From positions 1,312,001-1,376,000 of the forward strand of contig CAXXLV010000002.1 of NCBI GenBank assembly GCA_963664305.2: DNA of 64,000 nucleotides. The letters run 5' to 3'. The notes beneath the pieces were generated by a model. It saw nothing but the letters and a program-made list of their open reading frames with translations. It was not told where the DNA came from and did no database searches. The stretch comes from an uncultured Aliarcobacter sp. (GTDB taxonomy: Bacteria; Campylobacterota; Campylobacteria; Campylobacterales; Arcobacteraceae). A program made the position numbers and the translations under genes. Shown piece by piece: positions 58,318 through 64,000 of the stretch; position 1 is the stretch's first letter, and each line of letters opens with the position of its first letter.

Positions 58318-58515
58318 TTTTTCACCTTTTTTTTAATCCTAATACTATATAAAAAAAATGCTTTATCTTCCCACTGTATAGTATTTGAAAGCTTTCACAA
58401 TTTTTATACAATAATAAGTAAAACTTACATTGAATATTTAATAAAAAAAGAAAATATTAAGCATAAAAAAAGAAAAAAAAGCTACAATATTTTTCTTAAA
58501 AATTAAGGAGAAAAA

Positions 58516-58809
58516 ATGAAAAAAATCGTATTAAGTACAATCATTGTTGCTGCAACTGCTGCTTCTTTATCTGCTGCTTCAATTGCTGCATGTGCTGGAT
58601 GCCACGGTGCAAATTTTGATAAACCTGCTATGGGTAAATCTGAAATCGTAAAAGGTTGGGATGAAGCTAAAATTATTGCATCTTTAAACGGATACAAAGC
58701 TGGAACTTTAAATGTTCACGGTATGGGTGCTGTTATGAAAGGTCAAACTGCTAAATTAAGTGATGCTGATATCGCTGATATTGCAAAACAAATCGCAGCA
58801 ATCAAATAA
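58516..58809 (+). CDS. Periplasmic monoheme cytochrome c553
   Basis: Signal peptide, CAGCHG, axial Met in GAVMKGQ; AAGGAG RBS. Confidence 0.92.
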   Translation: MKKIVLSTIIVAATAASLSAASIAACAGCHGANFDKPAMGKSEIVKGWDEAKIIASLNGYKAGTLNVHGMGAVMKGQTAKLSDADIADIAKQIAAIK

Positions 58810-58837
58810 TTTTTCTAAACTAGTCAAGTAAAATTGA

Positions 58838-59086
58838 CTAGTTTAATTCTTTACTATCTTCTTTTTTCTTTTCACTTTCAAGTTTTGATTCTTTTGCTTC
58901 TTTTAAATTTTTTTCTTTTTTAATAGCATCATTTAAATCTTCAATACTGTCATATAAAGGATTATTTAACATTTTATTTGCATCATCAAATTGACCAGTT
59001 TTTGCTGCCCAAACAAAAAGAAGTAATAATCCTGCTGAGATTATAATTCCAACTATTAACATAAAAAAAAGCGTATCATTTATCAT
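58838..59086 (-). CDS. ccoS: cbb3-type cytochrome oxidase assembly protein CcoS
   Basis: Single TM followed by WAAKTGQFDD; follows a ccoI-type ATPase. Confidence 0.9.
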   Translation of the reverse strand: MINDTLFFMLIVGIIISAGLLLLFVWAAKTGQFDDANKMLNNPLYDSIEDLNDAIKKEKNLKEAKESKLESEKKKEDSKELN

Positions 59087-59096
59087 TTAAAAACTC

Positions 59097-61535
59097 CTAT
59101 TTCATCTTTATTCTAAGTGAATTTAATACAACCATCAATGAACTTAAACTCATTGATAAAGCAGCCACCAGTGGAATAACAAAACCAGCCATTGCTAAAG
59201 GTATTGTAACCATGTTATAAATTATTGATAAAGATAGATTTTGTTTAATATATTTATATGTTTTATTTGAAATTATAAAAGCTTCTTGTAAAGATTTTAA
59301 TGTTGAATTTAATAAAACTATATCAGAAACAGCCAAAGAAATATCTGCAGAAGTTCCCATAGCAACTGCAACATCTGCATTTGTTAAAGCAACACTATCA
59401 TTTACTCCATCACCAACCATAATGACAATTTTATTCTCTTTTTTTAACTCTTTTATATAATTTGCTTTTGAAATTGGAGTTTGAGAAGAGAAATATTTTT
59501 TTATATTTAATTCATTTGCTATTTTTAAAGCTACTTGTTCATTGTCCCCTGTTAACATTACAACATCAATATTTTTATTTTGTAAATAAGTTATTAATTC
59601 TTGTGCATCATCTTTTATTTTATCTTCAAGTTCAAAAGTTGCAATTACTTTTTTATTTATTGCAAATAAATAAACTGTTTTTGATGAATCAAATTTATAG
59701 AAAATCCCAAATTGTCTTAATAATTCAACATTCCCTCCAATTAATTCAAACTCTTTCCCTTCAATATTTTTATAAGTGGCACTCATTCCTTTTGCTTCAA
59801 TATTTTTTACATTTTCAAGTTTTTTAATATCTAAGCTATATTTTGTTTCTAAATATTTTTTAATTGAAACACTTACAGGATGAGTTGAAGCATCTAATAA
59901 AGAGTAAAGAAGATACATTTTATGAATATTATCATCCATAATTCTAGCTTTAGTTACATTTAACTCACCCTTTGTTAAAGTTCCAGTTTTATCAAAAACA
60001 ATAGTTGTTGCAACAGCCATTGTTTCAATAAATTTCGCCTCTTTAAAAAGTAAACCTTTTTTTGCAAGTTCAGAAATTCCTATCAAACTTGCCATTGGTG
60101 TAGCAAGTGCCAATGCACAAGGACAAGCAATTACAACAACAGAAACTGCAACAATAAATGATTTTTCAAATTGTGTTGTTCCTTCATAATCAAAACCTAA
60201 ATCTATTCCTAAAAAATACCAAACTAAAAAAGTCGTTAAAGCAAGACTTAAAATAGTTACACTAAAACCTTTTGATATTTCTGCTGCTTTTGTTTGAATA
60301 GTTGGCTTAGAATTTAAAGAATCTTCTAATAATGAAACAATAGATGAAAAAGTTGAATTTTTAAAACTTTTTGTCACTTCAAATTGGATTAGTGAATCTA
60401 AATTTATAGTCCCACTATAAACAAAATCTTTTACTTTTTTATAAATAGGAATAGATTCACCAGTTAATGTTGACTCGTCAAATGAACCATTTCCCAAGAT
60501 TATTTTCCCATCAACTGGAACTTTTTCCCCAGGTTTTATCTCAACAATATCACCAATATTTATACTATTTAAAGCAATAACCTTTCTCTCGTTATCTTTT
60601 ACAACAACAGCTTCCAAAGGTAAACTTGATTTGATTTTGTCTAAAGTATCAATAGCTGATTTTTTACCTATTACTTCTAAATATTTTCCCACTAATACAA
60701 AGGTTATTATCATAGAAACTGAATCAAAATAACTCTCACCTTTTGCACCAAAAAGAATGAATAGTGAATAAATATATGTTGACGTAGCACCAAAAGCAAC
60801 TAAAAAATCCATATTTAACATACGATTTTTTAGACCAAAATATGCACCTTTGAAAAATATCCATCCACTATAAAATAAAACAGGTGTTGAAAGAATAAAT
60901 TCACCTATATGAATCATATCCTTTACTTCTTTTGAAATCCCCGTAAAAAATCCCGTATATTTTGCAACACTTAACATCATAATATTCATACTGCAAACAA
61001 CAGCAACCATCATCTTAACAAAATATTCTCTTTTTGCTTTTGAAGCTTGGGCATCAGCAACACTTGAATCATATGCATATGCATTGTAACCAATAGAACG
61101 GATTTTTAAAATAATTTCAGAAAGCTTTAGTTTTTCTTCATCCCAAACTATTCTTGCTTTATTAGTAGTAAAATTGATATTTGCTTCAACTATACCTTTT
61201 GTGTCATGAAGTATTTTTTCATTTAACCAAACACAAGCAGCACAATGAATTCCTTCGATAATTAAATCTATTTGAGAGAAACCATCTTTTGTTTTACTTA
61301 CATAATTATCCAAGAAGTTTTCTGAATCAAATTTTGTAATATCATCATTTTCTAATTTTACAGGTGGTGTTAGAGTTCTATTCCCTAATTTATCATAAAA
61401 AGAATCTAATCCATCACTTTTTAAAAGATGGTAAACCCCTTGACAACCTTTACAACAAAAATTTAAATTTTGCTCCTTAATCATTATATTATCTTCAAAC
61501 TCTAAATGACAGTGATTACACTTGACTTTCGACAA
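59097..61535 (-). CDS. ccoI: Heavy-metal (Cu) P1B-type ATPase CcoI/FixI (probable TTG start 61535)
   Basis: CNHCH...FCCKGC N-domain, HCAAC HMA, TGES, ACPCAL, DKTGT, GDGVND; AGGAG RBS. Confidence 0.92.
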   Translation of the reverse strand: MSKVKCNHCHLEFEDNIMIKEQNLNFCCKGCQGVYHLLKSDGLDSFYDKLGNRTLTPPVKLENDDITKFDSENFLDNYVSKTKDGFSQIDLIIEGIHCAACVWLNEKILHDTKGIVEANINFTTNKARIVWDEEKLKLSEIILKIRSIGYNAYAYDSSVADAQASKAKREYFVKMMVAVVCSMNIMMLSVAKYTGFFTGISKEVKDMIHIGEFILSTPVLFYSGWIFFKGAYFGLKNRMLNMDFLVAFGATSTYIYSLFILFGAKGESYFDSVSMIITFVLVGKYLEVIGKKSAIDTLDKIKSSLPLEAVVVKDNERKVIALNSINIGDIVEIKPGEKVPVDGKIILGNGSFDESTLTGESIPIYKKVKDFVYSGTINLDSLIQFEVTKSFKNSTFSSIVSLLEDSLNSKPTIQTKAAEISKGFSVTILSLALTTFLVWYFLGIDLGFDYEGTTQFEKSFIVAVSVVVIACPCALALATPMASLIGISELAKKGLLFKEAKFIETMAVATTIVFDKTGTLTKGELNVTKARIMDDNIHKMYLLYSLLDASTHPVSVSIKKYLETKYSLDIKKLENVKNIEAKGMSATYKNIEGKEFELIGGNVELLRQFGIFYKFDSSKTVYLFAINKKVIATFELEDKIKDDAQELITYLQNKNIDVVMLTGDNEQVALKIANELNIKKYFSSQTPISKANYIKELKKENKIVIMVGDGVNDSVALTNADVAVAMGTSADISLAVSDIVLLNSTLKSLQEAFIISNKTYKYIKQNLSLSIIYNMVTIPLAMAGFVIPLVAALSMSLSSLMVVLNSLRIKMK

Positions 61536-61643
61536 AAAAACTCCTAGCAGACCCAAATAGATTAATTCTTACTTTTTTTATTACTTAGATATTATGTTTA
61601 TTTATGTTATTATATCTTAATAATTTTGGAGAGAGTCTTAATA

Positions 61644-63266
61644 ATGATAAATAATATTTCAATACTGAAAAATATAACTATTTTATATGCTGAAGATGAA
61701 AAAGACTTAAGAGAAGTTACACATCAAATATTAAAAGGCTTTACCAAAAAGCAATATGTTGCACAAAATGGACAAGAAGGTTTAGAACTTTTTAAGAAAT
61801 ATGAAAATGAAATTGATTTAATCATTACTGATGTTAATATGCCTATTTTAAATGGTTTAGACATGGTAAAAGAGATAAAAAAAATTAATATGAATATTCC
61901 AATTATTGTAGCAACTGCATTTTCAAATAAAGAGTATTTACTAGAAGCAATTGACATTGGTGTTGATAAATATGTATTAAAACCTATTGATATTGCAAAA
62001 CTTTTACAAGTTATGTCACAATCTCTTGTTTATCATGAATTAAAAGATTTATACACAGATAAACTTACAAACCTACCAAATAGAAACAAACTAAAAAAAG
62101 ATTTAGATGAAAACAATATCGACTTAATGGCTCTATTAGATATCGATGAATTTTCAACTGTAAATGACCTTTTTGGTGAAAAGATTGGTGATACAATTTT
62201 ATATGAATTAGCAAATAAATTAAAGAACTATTTTAGTGATGAAGAATATTTTGTATATAGAATTGAAGCTGATAAATTTGCCATTGTTGCTAAGCAAAAT
62301 AACAAAGATATCAATGAATTTTATGATATTTGTAAAACATTTGCAGATAAAATTGAAAAAGAATCATTACTTATTGATGAAGATGAAATTGATATAAATA
62401 TTACTATTGGAATAGCTCAAGGTGACGGAGCAAGAGCATATAAATATTCTCAAAGAGTTATAAACTATGCAAGAACAAAACTTCAAAGAATTATGATTTA
62501 TAATGAGTCATTTAAAATTCAACAATCTTTTGAAGAAAACATAAAATGGGTAAAACAATTAAAAGTTGGTTTTAGAGAAAACTTATTTCAAGCCTATTTT
62601 CAACCAATTGTTGATACTCAAACAAAAGAAGTTCATAAATATGAAGCACTAATAAGATATGTTACAAAAGAAGGTGTTGAAATAGCTCCATATAACTTTA
62701 TAAATGTTGCTAAAAAGACTAAACTTTATCCAAATATCATAAAAATTGTAATCCAAGACTCTTTTAAATTAATAAAAAATAAAAATAAAAGAGTATCTGT
62801 AAATATCTCTTTTGATGATATAGCAAATAGTGAAACAACATCATTTATTTATGAGATATTAGAACAAAATAGAGAATATACTCAATTTTTAGAATTTGAG
62901 ATTTTAGAATCAGAAGAAATTTCAGATTTCAATGAAGTTTCTAAATTCATTTCTGAAATTAAAAAATTTGATTGTATAGTTGGAGTTGACGATTTTGGTG
63001 CAGGATACTCTAACTTCAATCTTCTAACTCTTCTTGATATTGACTTTGTTAAGATTGATGGTTCTTTAATTGAAAGAATTAATACATCAAAAGATTTAGA
63101 AATTATTGTAAATACAATTGCAAATTTCTCAAAAGAATTTAAAGTTAAAACTGTAGCTGAATATGTGTCAAATGAGGATATTTACAATAAAATTAAAGAG
63201 TTAAATATTGATTATTGCCAAGGTTATTACTTCGAAAAACCTATAAGCTACGACAGTATAAAATAG
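61644..63266 (+). CDS. Response regulator with degenerate GGDEF and intact EAL (c-di-GMP phosphodiesterase); probable start 61644
   Basis: REC (AEDE, TDVNMP, KP), GGDEF changed to EADKF, YEALIR and DDFGAGYS intact. Confidence 0.9.
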   Translation: MINNISILKNITILYAEDEKDLREVTHQILKGFTKKQYVAQNGQEGLELFKKYENEIDLIITDVNMPILNGLDMVKEIKKINMNIPIIVATAFSNKEYLLEAIDIGVDKYVLKPIDIAKLLQVMSQSLVYHELKDLYTDKLTNLPNRNKLKKDLDENNIDLMALLDIDEFSTVNDLFGEKIGDTILYELANKLKNYFSDEEYFVYRIEADKFAIVAKQNNKDINEFYDICKTFADKIEKESLLIDEDEIDINITIGIAQGDGARAYKYSQRVINYARTKLQRIMIYNESFKIQQSFEENIKWVKQLKVGFRENLFQAYFQPIVDTQTKEVHKYEALIRYVTKEGVEIAPYNFINVAKKTKLYPNIIKIVIQDSFKLIKNKNKRVSVNISFDDIANSETTSFIYEILEQNREYTQFLEFEILESEEISDFNEVSKFISEIKKFDCIVGVDDFGAGYSNFNLLTLLDIDFVKIDGSLIERINTSKDLEIIVNTIANFSKEFKVKTVAEYVSNEDIYNKIKELNIDYCQGYYFEKPISYDSIK

Positions 63267-63274
63267 GTTAAGTG

Positions 63275-63898
63275 TTAATTACTTAACCAATTTGATACAA
63301 TCTTTTCTTTTTCAAAAAGTTTTGTTTTTATTCTTGTAATATTTGCGATACAAACCAACTCTTTTGCTGCTGTTTGTAAATCATCATTAATAATTAAATA
63401 GTCATAATCTTGAAAGAATTCAACTTCAGCCTTAGCATTTTTAATTCTTTTTTCAATTATCTCAATACTATCTGTATTTCGACTATTTAATCTCTCTTCT
63501 AAAACCTTTAAAGATGGTGTAGTGATAAATACTGATGTAACTAAAGCATTTATCTTATTTCTTACTATTTCATGTCCTTGAACATCTATATCAAAAATCA
63601 CTAATTTGCCCTCTTCTAAAGCCTTATTTATAGGTTTTAGAGATGTACCATAATAATTATCATGTACTTTTGCATATTCTAAAAAGTCATCATTTTTTAT
63701 ATCTTCTTCAAACTCTTCTTTTGATACAAAAAAGTAATCAACACCATTTACTTCTCCAACTCTTGGAGCTCTTGTTGTTGTTGAAATAGAAAAATAGTAA
63801 TTGTCAATATCTTTATATACTTCTTTTAGTAAAGTAGATTTTCCACAACCACTTGGTCCTGAGATGATTAAGATTGCACCTTTTTTCTCATTTATCAT
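63275..63898 (-). CDS. gmk: Guanylate kinase
   Basis: SGPSGCGKST, TTRAPRVGEVNGVDYFF, NYYGT, DIDVQG. Confidence 0.97.
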   Translation of the reverse strand: MINEKKGAILIISGPSGCGKSTLLKEVYKDIDNYYFSISTTTRAPRVGEVNGVDYFFVSKEEFEEDIKNDDFLEYAKVHDNYYGTSLKPINKALEEGKLVIFDIDVQGHEIVRNKINALVTSVFITTPSLKVLEERLNSRNTDSIEIIEKRIKNAKAEVEFFQDYDYLIINDDLQTAAKELVCIANITRIKTKLFEKEKIVSNWLSN

Positions 63899-64000
63899 CT
63901 ATTTATCCTTTAATGTAATTGTAATATCAACTGTTTCACCACTTGATAGTTTATCAATTACACTTTGGTCAAACTTCTCTAATAATGGTCTTAATTCATT
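63899..64000 (-). CDS. C-terminal fragment of an upstream hypothetical protein (enters from the window edge)
   Basis: Open frame ...NELRPLLEKFDQSVIDKLSSGETVDITITLKDK* with TAG at 63901-63899, abutting the gmk ATG. Confidence 0.7.
   Translation of the reverse strand, partial: NELRPLLEKFDQSVIDKLSSGETVDITITLKDK

Overview
A very AT-rich (visually about a quarter G+C) chromosomal segment of a Campylobacterota bacterium. Gene content and codon style point to Arcobacteraceae. It carries housekeeping genes (rhomboid, lon, bamD, proC, rdgB, valS, a UvrD-type helicase, hemH, ccoIS, gmk), a complete thiosulfate-oxidation cluster (soxCDXYZA-orf-soxB) with sulfur-trafficking accessories, msrPQ-nnrS-Sel1-tpx stress genes, Zn-type ABC genes, an intact AmmeMemoRadiSam trio, three pseudopilin-like genes after proC, a lapG-lapD pair and five c-di-GMP-related proteins. 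I saw no rRNA, tRNA, CRISPR array, transposase or prophage. The most notable items not explained by routine annotation are: (1) a self-contained ~120-nt sRNA candidate at 44774-44893 (-) with its own -10, four 11-bp-phased upstream repeats, anti-Shine-Dalgarno C/U-rich motifs and a strong terminator; (2) a LapD receptor whose periplasmic domain carries a ~110-aa insertion resembling an adhesin cadherin/Ig-like repeat; (3) an orphan PhnD-like binding protein translationally coupled to a diguanylate cyclase; (4) a GT-C/GtrA/FAD-oxidoreductase cassette with no GtrB, set inside the sox accessory region; (5) an HD-GYP pseudoenzyme. Several operator palindromes (TetR-, IclR-, Crp/Fnr- and Zur-like) are also visible. 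All calls come from motif reading; no database searches were run.
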